A stretch of DNA of 64,000 nt, taken from the NCBI GenBank assembly GCA_050015075.1, contig JBEKCB010000013.1, positions 50,688 through 114,687 on the forward strand, in the 5' to 3' direction. Of this stretch, positions 37,543 to 45,893 are shown in pieces. The stretch comes from Candidatus Brocadiia bacterium (GTDB lineage: Bacteria > Planctomycetota > Brocadiia > CAIUPP01). Made by a program: the position numbers and the translations under genes. Under the pieces are notes generated by a model, which saw only the letters and a list, made by a program, of their open reading frames with translations, ran no database searches and was not told the DNA's origin. Within the stretch, counting starts at the first letter, position 1; every line of letters starts with the position of its first letter.

Positions 37543-38469
37543 ATGGGTGAGAACTTCGCGATTGACGTGCGCGGCCTGACCAAACGCTTCGGCAGCCTCG
37601 TCGCCGTCAACCACATTGACCTGCAGGTGCGCGCGGGCGAAATCTGCGGCTTCCTGGGGCCCAACGGCAGCGGCAAGACCACGTTCATCCGCATGCTCTG
37701 CGGCCTGCTCCGCCCCGACGAGGGCAGCGGCCGCTGCCTGGGCCTCGACGTCGTCGCCGAGAGCGAGGCGATCAAGCGGCAGGTCGGCTACATGACGCAG
37801 CGGTTCAGTTTCTACGAGGATCTGACTCCCGCTGAGAACCTGGAGTTCGTCGCGCGGATGTACTCGGTTCCCGACCGGCGCCAGGCGGTCCGCCGGAGCC
37901 TCGACCGGCTCGGGCTGGCCACGCGGCGGAACCAGTTGACCGGCGAACTCTCCGGCGGCTGGAAGCAGCGCCTGGCGCTCGCGGCCTGCCTGATCCACGA
38001 GCCCAAACTGCTTCTGCTCGACGAGCCGACCGCCGGCGTGGACCCGAAGGCTCGCCGCGATTTCTGGGAGCATATCCACCGGCTCGCCGCCGAAGGCTTG
38101 ACCTTCCTGATCGCGACGCACTACATGGACGAGGCGGAGCGGTGCCACCAACTGGCGTACCTTTCCTTCGGCAGGCTGCTTGCGCGCGGCACGGCCGAGG
38201 AAGTGGTCGCCGCGGCGCACCTGGCGACCTGGTCGGTCACCGGCCCGGACCTCGCGGCGCTCTCCGAGCAGCTTCAGTCGCGGCCGGGCGTGCAGCAGAC
38301 CGCGGCGTTCGGCAACGAGCTGCACGTCAGCGGCGACGATCCCGCCGCCCTCGAGCAGGCCATCGCGGAGTTCCGCGCCGGCCCGCGCGAATGGCGGCGT
38401 ATCGAGCCGGGGCTCGAGGACGTTTTCATCCACCTCATGGACCAGTCGCGGGACAACGTGCAGGCATGA
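37543..38469 (+). CDS. ABC transporter ATP-binding protein
   Basis: GPNGSGKT, LSGGWKQR, LLLLDEPT. Confidence 0.92.
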   Translation: MGENFAIDVRGLTKRFGSLVAVNHIDLQVRAGEICGFLGPNGSGKTTFIRMLCGLLRPDEGSGRCLGLDVVAESEAIKRQVGYMTQRFSFYEDLTPAENLEFVARMYSVPDRRQAVRRSLDRLGLATRRNQLTGELSGGWKQRLALAACLIHEPKLLLLDEPTAGVDPKARRDFWEHIHRLAAEGLTFLIATHYMDEAERCHQLAYLSFGRLLARGTAEEVVAAAHLATWSVTGPDLAALSEQLQSRPGVQQTAAFGNELHVSGDDPAALEQAIAEFRAGPREWRRIEPGLEDVFIHLMDQSRDNVQA

Positions 38470-39608
38470 AGAACCATCCCGCATTTTCCCCGGCGCGGTT
38501 CTGGGCGATCCTCGTCAAGGAGTTCGTCCAGATGCGCCGCGACCGCCTCACGTTCGGCATGATGATCGGCATCCCGCTGCTCCAGCTCATCCTCTTCGGC
38601 TACGCCATCAATTCCGACCCGAAACACCTGGCGACCGCCGTCCTCCTGGCCGACGACGGGCCGCAGGGCCGGACACTCCTGTATGCCATGCGCAACAGCG
38701 CGTACTTCGACTTCGTCGGGCAGGTGGAGAACGAATCGGCCGGGCGCGCCGCCCTGGCGCGCGGCGAAGTCCAGTTTGTCGTCAACATCCCGCAGCATTT
38801 TTCGCGCGACCTGCTGCGCGGCGACCGGCCCGCCGTCCTCATCGAAGCTGACGCCGCCGACCCGGCGGCCACCAGCAACGCGCTCGGCGCGATGGCCCTG
38901 CTGCTCAACGGCGCGCTGCAGAACGACCTCAAGGGATCGCTCGCCTTCCTGGCCGTGACGGACAGCCCGATTGACCTGCGCATCCACGCGCTCTACAACC
39001 CCGAAGCGGTCACGCAGTACAACATCGTCCCCGGCCTGCTCGGCGTCGTCCTCACGATGACCATGGTCATGATCACCGCGCTGGCGATCACCCGCGAGCG
39101 CGAGCGCGGCACGATGGAGAACCTGCTCTCCATGCCCACCCGGCCGGCGGAAGTGCTCGCCGGGAAGATCATCCCGTACATCCTCGTCGGCTACATCCAG
39201 GTGGGGCTGATCCTCGTCTGCGCCCGCCTCTTCTTCCACGTGCCGATGGTCGGCAGCCTGGTCCTGCTGCTCGCCGTGGCGCTCGTCTTCATCGCCGCCA
39301 ACCTCGCCATGGGCATCACCTTCTCCACCGTCGCCAGCAACCAGCTCCAGGCCGCGCAGAGCGCGAGCTTTTTCTTCCTGCCCTCCATGCTGCTCTCGGG
39401 GTTCATGTTTCCGTTCCGCGGCATGCCGCACTGGGCGCAGGCGATCGGCGAGTTCCTGCCGCTGACGCACTTCCTGCGGATCGTCCGCGGCATTCTCCTC
39501 AAGGGCAACGGATTGGCCGAAGTGGCCGGCGAGATTTGGCCGATCGCCCTGTTCACCGTAGCCGCGTTCGCCGTCGCCGTCACGCGCTATCGGCGGACGC
39601 TGGATTAA
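38466..39608 (+). CDS. ABC-2 transporter permease
   Basis: KEFVQMRRDR, RERERGTMENLL, LSGFMFP; ATGA overlap with the upstream stop. Confidence 0.92.
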   Translation: MKNHPAFSPARFWAILVKEFVQMRRDRLTFGMMIGIPLLQLILFGYAINSDPKHLATAVLLADDGPQGRTLLYAMRNSAYFDFVGQVENESAGRAALARGEVQFVVNIPQHFSRDLLRGDRPAVLIEADAADPAATSNALGAMALLLNGALQNDLKGSLAFLAVTDSPIDLRIHALYNPEAVTQYNIVPGLLGVVLTMTMVMITALAITRERERGTMENLLSMPTRPAEVLAGKIIPYILVGYIQVGLILVCARLFFHVPMVGSLVLLLAVALVFIAANLAMGITFSTVASNQLQAAQSASFFFLPSMLLSGFMFPFRGMPHWAQAIGEFLPLTHFLRIVRGILLKGNGLAEVAGEIWPIALFTVAAFAVAVTRYRRTLD

Positions 39609-39628
39609 CGCTCGGCGCAGCGCAACCA

Positions 39629-39719
39629 CTCGTCCTCGTCCTGGTCCTCGGCCTCGTCCTCGAATTGCCATTCTTGACGGCCGAGGCTGAGGACGACGAC
39701 GAGGACGAGGACGAGGACG
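39629..39719. repeat. Hexamer palindromic element (reverse orientation)
   Basis: CTCGTC run / GAGGAC run; loop matches the other copies when reverse-complemented. Confidence 0.85.
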
Positions 39720-39808
39720 CGTCGTTCCGCTTGCCGCCGATTCGGCAGCAGCGTAAGATTATGGGCAGATGGCCGGCTTCCACGCTTGCCTCGGAGAAGG
39801 AGAAACGA

Positions 39809-40933
39809 GTGAATCCCGGCGAAACCGCGCGGTCTGCTGAAGCGCGGCTGGCATCCATCGCGCCGATCGTTCGCGGGCTGCTCGCGACGCCCTCGGGCGA
39901 CGACGACAGGCCCTGGCGGCGCGTGATCGTGCAATCGCGCGCGGAGGCGGCGGCGCGGCCGGAACCGCAGCCGGCGGCGCTGCGGCTGGACGCGCTCGAC
40001 CCGGACGCCGCGCCGGAAACGCTGCGCGAGCGGATCGCTTCCGCGCTCGCGGCCCGCCGGCCCGAGGCGATCCTGCTGCCGGGCGCCGGGATTTTCCGCG
40101 TCCTCACGGACGCGCCGGACCCGCACCGGCCGCTGGAGAACGAGACCGCGCTGGTCACCGGTGCGGCCGGCGCGATCGGCGCGGCGATCTGCCGCGAGCT
40201 GCTCGCCTGGGGCTGCCGCGTCGCGGCGACCGATCTGCCCGGCGAACGCCTCGACGGCCTGGCGGCGGAGTTCCAGAAGACCGCGCCCGGCCGCATCGCC
40301 GGCATCCCGCTCGACGTGACCGACGAGCGCTCCGTGAAATCCGGCTTCGACCGCGCAACGCTGGAATGGGGCGGCGTGGACATCGTCATCGCCAACGCGG
40401 GCATCCCGCTGATCGCCTCGCTGGTGGAGATGCGCCTCGAGGACTTCCGCCGCCTCGAACGCGTCAACGTCGAGGGCACGCTGCTGACGCTCGCCGAGGC
40501 CGGCCGGCGCATGCGGCTCCAGGGGACCGGAGGCGACATCGTCCTGATCTCGACCAAGAACGTCTTCAGCCCGGGCGCGCGGTTCGGCGCATACAGCGCC
40601 ACGAAGGCCGCCGCGCACCAGCTCGCCCGCATCGCCAGCCTGGAAATGGCGGAGTTCGGCGTGCGCGTGAACATGGTCGCGCCCGACGCGGTGTTCGGCG
40701 ACGCCGACCGCAAGTCCGGCCTTTGGGAAGCCATCGGCCCCGACCGCATGCGCGACAAGGGGCTGGATGCGCAGGCGCTGCAGGAGTACTATCGAAAGCG
40801 GAACCTGCTGAAGGCGCGCGTGACGGCGCAACACGTGGCGGAGGCCGTGCTGTTCCTGGTCGCCCGCCGCACGCCGACCACCGGCGCGACGATCCCGGTG
40901 GACGGCGGATTGCCCGACGCGACGCCCCGATAA
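39809..40933 (+). CDS. SDR oxidoreductase resembling the C-half of bifunctional aldolase/short-chain dehydrogenases
   Basis: TGAAGAIG, NAG, STKNV, YSATK, VNMVAPDAVF, VDGG; GTG start after GGAG. Confidence 0.8.
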   Translation: MNPGETARSAEARLASIAPIVRGLLATPSGDDDRPWRRVIVQSRAEAAARPEPQPAALRLDALDPDAAPETLRERIASALAARRPEAILLPGAGIFRVLTDAPDPHRPLENETALVTGAAGAIGAAICRELLAWGCRVAATDLPGERLDGLAAEFQKTAPGRIAGIPLDVTDERSVKSGFDRATLEWGGVDIVIANAGIPLIASLVEMRLEDFRRLERVNVEGTLLTLAEAGRRMRLQGTGGDIVLISTKNVFSPGARFGAYSATKAAAHQLARIASLEMAEFGVRVNMVAPDAVFGDADRKSGLWEAIGPDRMRDKGLDAQALQEYYRKRNLLKARVTAQHVAEAVLFLVARRTPTTGATIPVDGGLPDATPR

Positions 40934-40970
40934 GTACTGCCGAACGTATAGTTATTGAAAGAGGCGGCCA

Positions 40971-41687
40971 ATGGATATTGAGGCGCGTCAGACGCGGCGC
41001 GATTTTCTCGTCGCCGCCGGGACGGTGGGCGCAGGGCTGCTGCTGACCGGCTGCAGCGGCATCGCGGCGAGGCCGGAGGAGAAAAAGCTCGAGGAAGGCG
41101 AAGCGGGCGTCGCGGCGACGGAGGGCCTGATGCGCCAGCACGGCGTGCTCGAGCGCGTTCTGCTGATCTACGAGGAAGGCGTCCGCCGCATCGAGACGGA
41201 TGACGTGCTGCTGCCGGAGAACCTCGCCGGCGCGGTGGCGATCGTCCGCGCGTTCATCGAGGATTTCCACGAGAAGCGCGAAGAGTCGGACATCTTCCCT
41301 CGCCTGGAGAAGGCCGGCAAGCTGGCGCCGCTGACGGCGGTCCTCCGCGCGCAACACAAGGCCGGGCGCGACGCGACCGATAATATCCTGAAGCGGCTCG
41401 AGCCGCAGCCGTTCAATGTGCCGGACACGCGCCGCGAGCTGGCGGCGCTGATGCGCGGTTTCGCGCGCATGTACCGGCCGCACTACGCGCGCGAGGATAC
41501 GGTGGTGTTCCCGGCGTTCCGCCAGGCGATGCCGCCCGGGGAATTCACCAGGCTCAGCGACCTGCTCGAGGAACGCGAGCGGGAGACGCTCGGGCCGGGA
41601 GCCTTCGAGAAGGCCGTCGCGCAGGTGGCGCAGATCGAAGCGGCGATGGAGATCGCCGACCTGGAGCAGTTCACGGCGAAGAGCTGA
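40971..41687 (+). CDS. Hemerythrin/HHE domain protein with Tat lipoprotein signal
   Basis: TRRDFL and LTGC; LMRQHG, FHEKREE, QH, HYARED. Confidence 0.8.
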   Translation: MDIEARQTRRDFLVAAGTVGAGLLLTGCSGIAARPEEKKLEEGEAGVAATEGLMRQHGVLERVLLIYEEGVRRIETDDVLLPENLAGAVAIVRAFIEDFHEKREESDIFPRLEKAGKLAPLTAVLRAQHKAGRDATDNILKRLEPQPFNVPDTRRELAALMRGFARMYRPHYAREDTVVFPAFRQAMPPGEFTRLSDLLEERERETLGPGAFEKAVAQVAQIEAAMEIADLEQFTAKS

Positions 41688-41735
41688 GGCAGGCGGAACG
41701 GCGGGCAAGCCCGTCGTTCGTATGGCGGGTATTCA

Positions 41736-41966
41736 TCACTCGCCGTTCTTCTTCGGGATCACGAGCGCGAAGAACGCCGACGCGACGGCGATGATCGTCC
41801 CGCCGGTGATGCCGCAGAGCGAGAGGATCGTCGCGGCGAAACTGCCCATTTCGACTCCGCTGCCGAACTTGAGCACGACGAAGGGCACCAGCACCGCCAC
41901 TGCCGCGCCCAGCGCCATCCCCAGCGCGCCGAGCAGCCAATTCGAGCCGCTCCCGTTCCGATCCAT
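41736..41966 (-). CDS. Small two-TM membrane protein
   Basis: Two hydrophobic segments; GGAGGG SD; follows the purF-like gene. Confidence 0.6.
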   Translation of the reverse strand: MDRNGSGSNWLLGALGMALGAAVAVLVPFVVLKFGSGVEMGSFAATILSLCGITGGTIIAVASAFFALVIPKKNGE

Positions 41967-42017
41967 GTCACCCTCCCGATTTCAGCATTCGGCAATCGCC
42001 ATTCGGCAATCGGCAAT

Positions 42018-43418
42018 TCATTCCGTTCCGTCCCAGCAGTACGTGCAAAGCTTCTCCCGCGGTAGCCCGATGGCGGCCACGAGGTCCTCGAGGCGCTGGT
42101 ACTTCAGCGTGCTCAGGTGCAGCATCTGGCGGACGCGTTCGACCACGGCGCGGTTCTTCTCCGACCCGCAGGTCACGCACTCGCGCAGGTCCGGTTCGGC
42201 GCCGACGGCCAGCTCCTTCATCGCCTTCCGCGCGGCCAGGTCGAGCTCCGAGCGCCAGCGCGAGAAGTTCAGGAACTTGCAACTGTATGCCAGCGGCGGG
42301 CAGGCCACGCGCATGTGCACTTCGCGCGCGCCGCAATCGTAGAGCCGCTGGATCGCGCCGCGGAGCTGCGTGCCGCGCACGATCGAGTCCTCACAGAAGA
42401 GCATCTTCTTGCCGCGGATGATCTCGGCGATCGGGATCAGCTTCATTCGCGCCACCAGGTCCCGCACCGACTGGTCCTGCCCGATCAGGCCGCGCGGCCA
42501 GGTGGGCGTGTACTTCACGAACGGCCGCTCGTACGGCAGCCGCCGCGCGTTCGCGTAGCCGAGCGCGTGCCCCGTCCCGGAATCGGGGATGCCCGACACG
42601 AAGTCCACCTCGACGTCGTCGTCCTTCGCGAGCGCCGCGCCGCAGCGGTTGCGCGCGACCTCGACGTTGACGCCCTCGTAGTTCGAGGCCGGATAGCCGT
42701 AATACACCCAGAGGAACGTGCAGATCTGCATGCGCCGGCCGGGCGCGCGGAGGGTCTCGGCGCCGTCCTCGGTCATCAGGACGACCTCGCCGGGCCCGAG
42801 GTCGCGCTCGTGGTCGAAGCCCAGGTTCGGGAAGGAGCAGCTCTCGAGCGCGGCGGCGTACGCGCCGGAGCGCGCGCCGAGGACGACCGGCGTGCGGCCC
42901 AGGCGGTCGCGCGCCGCGTAGATGCCCTTCTCGGTCAGCAGCAGCATCGAGCAGGAGCCCTCGATCGTCTCCTGCGCGCGGCGGATGCCCTCCTCGAAGC
43001 TCGCCTCTTGGTTGATAAGCGTGGCGACGAGTTCGGTGGGGTTGATCTGGCCGCCGCTCATCTCCGAGAAGTGCGTCGCGCGCTGGCGGAACGCCTGCCG
43101 CGCGAGCGCGTCGGCGTTGAGGATGCGGCCGACGGTCACGATCGCGTACTGGCCCAGGTGCGAGCCGATGATCAGCGGCTGGTCCTCGTAGTCGCTGATG
43201 ATGCCGAGTCCCCAGCGCCCGTGCAGTTTCGGCAGGTCGGGTTCGAACTTCGACCGGAACGGCGTGCCGGTGATGTCGTGGATGAACCGCGTGCAGCCGC
43301 CGTTCGAGCGCACCGCCAGCCCGCCGCGCCGCGTGCCCAGGTGTGAATGGTAGTCCGTGCCGTAGAACAGGTCCGACACGCAGTCCGACCTGGCCGCGAC
43401 CGCAAAGAAACCGCCCAT
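42018..43418 (-). CDS. purF: Amidophosphoribosyltransferase-like protein (MGGFF-start type)
   Basis: HSHLGTRRGG, ARDRLGRTP, IPDSG, EDSIVRGT PRPP loop, C-terminal CTYC. Confidence 0.85.
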   Translation of the reverse strand: MGGFFAVAARSDCVSDLFYGTDYHSHLGTRRGGLAVRSNGGCTRFIHDITGTPFRSKFEPDLPKLHGRWGLGIISDYEDQPLIIGSHLGQYAIVTVGRILNADALARQAFRQRATHFSEMSGGQINPTELVATLINQEASFEEGIRRAQETIEGSCSMLLLTEKGIYAARDRLGRTPVVLGARSGAYAAALESCSFPNLGFDHERDLGPGEVVLMTEDGAETLRAPGRRMQICTFLWVYYGYPASNYEGVNVEVARNRCGAALAKDDDVEVDFVSGIPDSGTGHALGYANARRLPYERPFVKYTPTWPRGLIGQDQSVRDLVARMKLIPIAEIIRGKKMLFCEDSIVRGTQLRGAIQRLYDCGAREVHMRVACPPLAYSCKFLNFSRWRSELDLAARKAMKELAVGAEPDLRECVTCGSEKNRAVVERVRQMLHLSTLKYQRLEDLVAAIGLPREKLCTYCWDGTE

Positions 43419-43568
43419 GACGCCTCCGATTCCGCTGCGAGATGCCCGCGCGCAAAAATGTGATTTTATCACCAGCCGCCGCGTAAAGATAGCCACGCAG
43501 AAAGTCAGCCCTCGTTGCGACCTTCGGAGGAATGTGGTAATCTTGAAGCAGCAATCGGGAGAACGTCC

Positions 43569-43853
43569 ATGCACAAAGTCATCGAAGTCAACGTACTCGA
43601 TCGTTACAGGTTAGACCTGCGGTTTGAAGACGGGGCGCGCGGGGCCGTAGATTTATCGCACCTCGTCGGGAAAGGCGTTTTCCGAAAATGGGAAGACTAC
43701 CAGGCCTTCCGCCAGGTCAAGATAGGTCCCGCAGGAGAGTTGGCCTGGGGAGACGATCTGGACTTGTGCCCGGACGCCCTGTACCTGAAGGCGACAGGGC
43801 GTCAACCGGAAGACATTTTTCCGGGTCTGAAACGAGAACCTGCGCATGCCTGA
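43569..43853 (+). CDS. DUF2442 domain protein
   Basis: [10 protein letters not shown]...GKGVF...[16 protein letters not shown]. Confidence 0.8.
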   Translation: MHKVIEVNVLDRYRLDLRFEDGARGAVDLSHLVGKGVFRKWEDYQAFRQVKIGPAGELAWGDDLDLCPDALYLKATGRQPEDIFPGLKREPAHA

Positions 43854-44649
43854 TAGCGCCACGATGGACACGGCTACGGCAAAGGCGAAGAAACGTAAGT
43901 CTCCTGCAGGTGTGGCGACGAACGACCTCGTGTTTAGTTCGTATGTTGGGACCAACGACGAGGTTTTCCCGTTCGTCCTTTCGCTCTATGTGGCCAAAGG
44001 AAGCACCGTTGCAGATGTAACTTACGGCAAGGGAGTTTTTTGGCGAAAGGTCCATGCCGACAGCTACAAGCTCCTGGCGACGGACCTTTCAAGCGGCGTG
44101 GACTGCCGAAATCTGCCGTATCAGGCCGATTCAATAGACTGCGTTGTTTTTGATCCGCCCTACATGCACACGCCCGGCGGAAGCGCACATGCGAACCATC
44201 AGAATTACGAAAATTACTACCGCAACAACAAAGCTCTGTCAGAGCGCAAGTACCATGAAGCGGTGCTGGACCTTTATTTCACCGCGGCCGCTGAAGCATG
44301 GCGGGTTCTGCGGCCCGGCGGAGCTTATATCGTCAAGTGCCAGGATGAGGTCTGCGCCAACGTCCAGCGCCTGACCCATGTCGAAATAATTAACGAATAC
44401 GCGAGGCGCGGTTTTGTCGCTGAGGATTTGTTTGTCGTTGTGCGAAATGGGAGGCCCGGCGTCAGCCGCCTTCTGAAGCAGGCTCACGCGCGGAAAAGTC
44501 ATTCATACTTTCTCGTCTTCTTGAAACCCCGAGGGCGCAAACGTTGGGCTGGCCTTCACTCAACGGCGCGTCTTGAAGTGCAGGAAACGCCAAAGGTCAG
44601 GTCTGCCTGCGTCGGCCCCGGCGTCCGAACAAGGACGCTCTTTCCTTGA
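43846..44649 (+). CDS. DNA amino-methyltransferase (m6A/m4C)
   Basis: DVTYGKG (motif I-like), FDPPY (motif IV), RVLRPGG; start may be ATG 43864. Confidence 0.85.
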   Translation: MPDSATMDTATAKAKKRKSPAGVATNDLVFSSYVGTNDEVFPFVLSLYVAKGSTVADVTYGKGVFWRKVHADSYKLLATDLSSGVDCRNLPYQADSIDCVVFDPPYMHTPGGSAHANHQNYENYYRNNKALSERKYHEAVLDLYFTAAAEAWRVLRPGGAYIVKCQDEVCANVQRLTHVEIINEYARRGFVAEDLFVVVRNGRPGVSRLLKQAHARKSHSYFLVFLKPRGRKRWAGLHSTARLEVQETPKVRSACVGPGVRTRTLFP

Positions 44650-45493
44650 AGAACTCGCCGAACTGCTTGATCTGAATCACTTCCGGGAAGCTCTCTGTCA
44701 GTGTCTTGTATCGGCATGGAACGTCGAAGTAGTAAATGCGCTCCATTTTCGATAAGAGCGTCTGGTACACAAGCCACTGGTCCGGGACGCATATCTCGAC
44801 AACTTCGCGAGTCCGGGAATCCAGTTTTGTTTCCGAAAAAAGAACCATTATCCCCCTGAACACGTTCTCTCCATGTGCACTGTCCAGAATACGCTGGTGC
44901 GCCCAGGCCTGAACCACCCGCTCGCGCGTGGACATCTTCACGGGCAGGTGTATCTGTCGCCCGCTTTGCCCGGCGAAAAGGAAGTCCATAGTCAGGCGAA
45001 CACTTCTCCCTTGCACCCTTATGGACGCCTGCTTCTGAGGGTTGACGCCGAGCTCCCGGGCGAACATGTGCCCGATGAGGCACTCAAAGTATGTCGCCGG
45101 CGCTTTCTTGTTCTGCCTGTCGAACAGCTCCATGGCAAGGCAAGGGGCCAGTACAACGGTGTATGAGAACCGCGCGAAGCTTCTTGGGGCGATTCTGCCG
45201 CGTTCCCATTCACGCCAGGAAAGCGAGATTTTTCGAGGGTCTCGAATGAACAAGTGCGCATTGGCCGGTCTCGCCACAAGACGCCTGTTTCCCCGGCGCG
45301 CAAAAGAGAAGTATTCCTTTCCGGGGACCTTCGATTTCAGAGCGACAACCTTACATTCATCCGTGAGAAACCTCAATGAAATCTCAGCGAGGCGTTTAAT
45401 CGCCTCACCGGTCTCCGTCGCCACGTAGCTTCTGTCGCAGGCAAGCTTCGCGTCAACATAGGCGGCATGGATGCTGCCGAGCGCCGTGTCCAT
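44597..45493 (-). CDS. Putative type II restriction endonuclease, CCGG-core family-like
   Basis: MDFLF...VKMSTRER resembles the K-x-S/T-x-R-(D/E)-R motif; convergent with the MTase, downstream of an HTH gene. Confidence 0.65.
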   Translation of the reverse strand: MDTALGSIHAAYVDAKLACDRSYVATETGEAIKRLAEISLRFLTDECKVVALKSKVPGKEYFSFARRGNRRLVARPANAHLFIRDPRKISLSWREWERGRIAPRSFARFSYTVVLAPCLAMELFDRQNKKAPATYFECLIGHMFARELGVNPQKQASIRVQGRSVRLTMDFLFAGQSGRQIHLPVKMSTRERVVQAWAHQRILDSAHGENVFRGIMVLFSETKLDSRTREVVEICVPDQWLVYQTLLSKMERIYYFDVPCRYKTLTESFPEVIQIKQFGEFFKERASLFGRRGRRRQT

Positions 45494-45494
45494 G

Positions 45495-45719
45495 TCACTT
45501 CCTCAGCTTCTTGTCGCGCATCGCCAACACGCGCTTCAGAAAAGTAAGAGGAGATACTTCCAGGGCCACGCAAAGCCGCAGGAAAACGTCAAGGCTGGGC
45601 GACCGCTTGTCGCGTTCCAGGAGTCCGATGTAGGTGGGATGCAGCCTCGCCTTCGATGCAAGCTGCTCTTGCGTCAAACCGGCCGCGCGACGCGCTTTGC
45701 GGAGTTCATTTCCTACCAT
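45495..45719 (-). CDS. XRE-family HTH controller (C) protein, 74 aa
   Basis: LRKARRAAGLTQEQLASKARLHPTYIGLLERDKRSPSL; stop lies just upstream of the REase start. Confidence 0.85.
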   Translation of the reverse strand: MVGNELRKARRAAGLTQEQLASKARLHPTYIGLLERDKRSPSLDVFLRLCVALEVSPLTFLKRVLAMRDKKLRK

Positions 45720-45755
45720 GGCGCGCAAGGATATCCGCAGCCCGTCGAAAAGGCC

Positions 45756-45771
45756 ACAGACAATAGTCTGT
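45756..45771. promoter_or_regulatory. C-box-like palindromic operator
   Basis: ACAGAC-AATA-GTCTGT about 37 bp upstream of the C gene. Confidence 0.6.
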
Positions 45772-45893
45772 ATCGGCCTGCCGTTGGTTCGTTCTTGACT
45801 GCCGCGCCATCGGAGAATATAATGGATTACTGCCCTGAGGCAGGCGTGAGTGTTCCCGATTATCAGCGAACTTCCCCAAAGAAGAAAGTCCGC

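Noticed and set aside
41980-42020. CGGCAAT/CATTCGG heptamer run as another palindromic element
   Set aside because: Only one arm is visible; at most a remnant
45471-45893. N-terminal extension of the 1561-aa activase ORF, and the 818-aa minus-strand ORF
   Set aside because: The extension overlaps the C gene on the opposite strand; only the last 74 aa of the minus ORF form a real HTH protein
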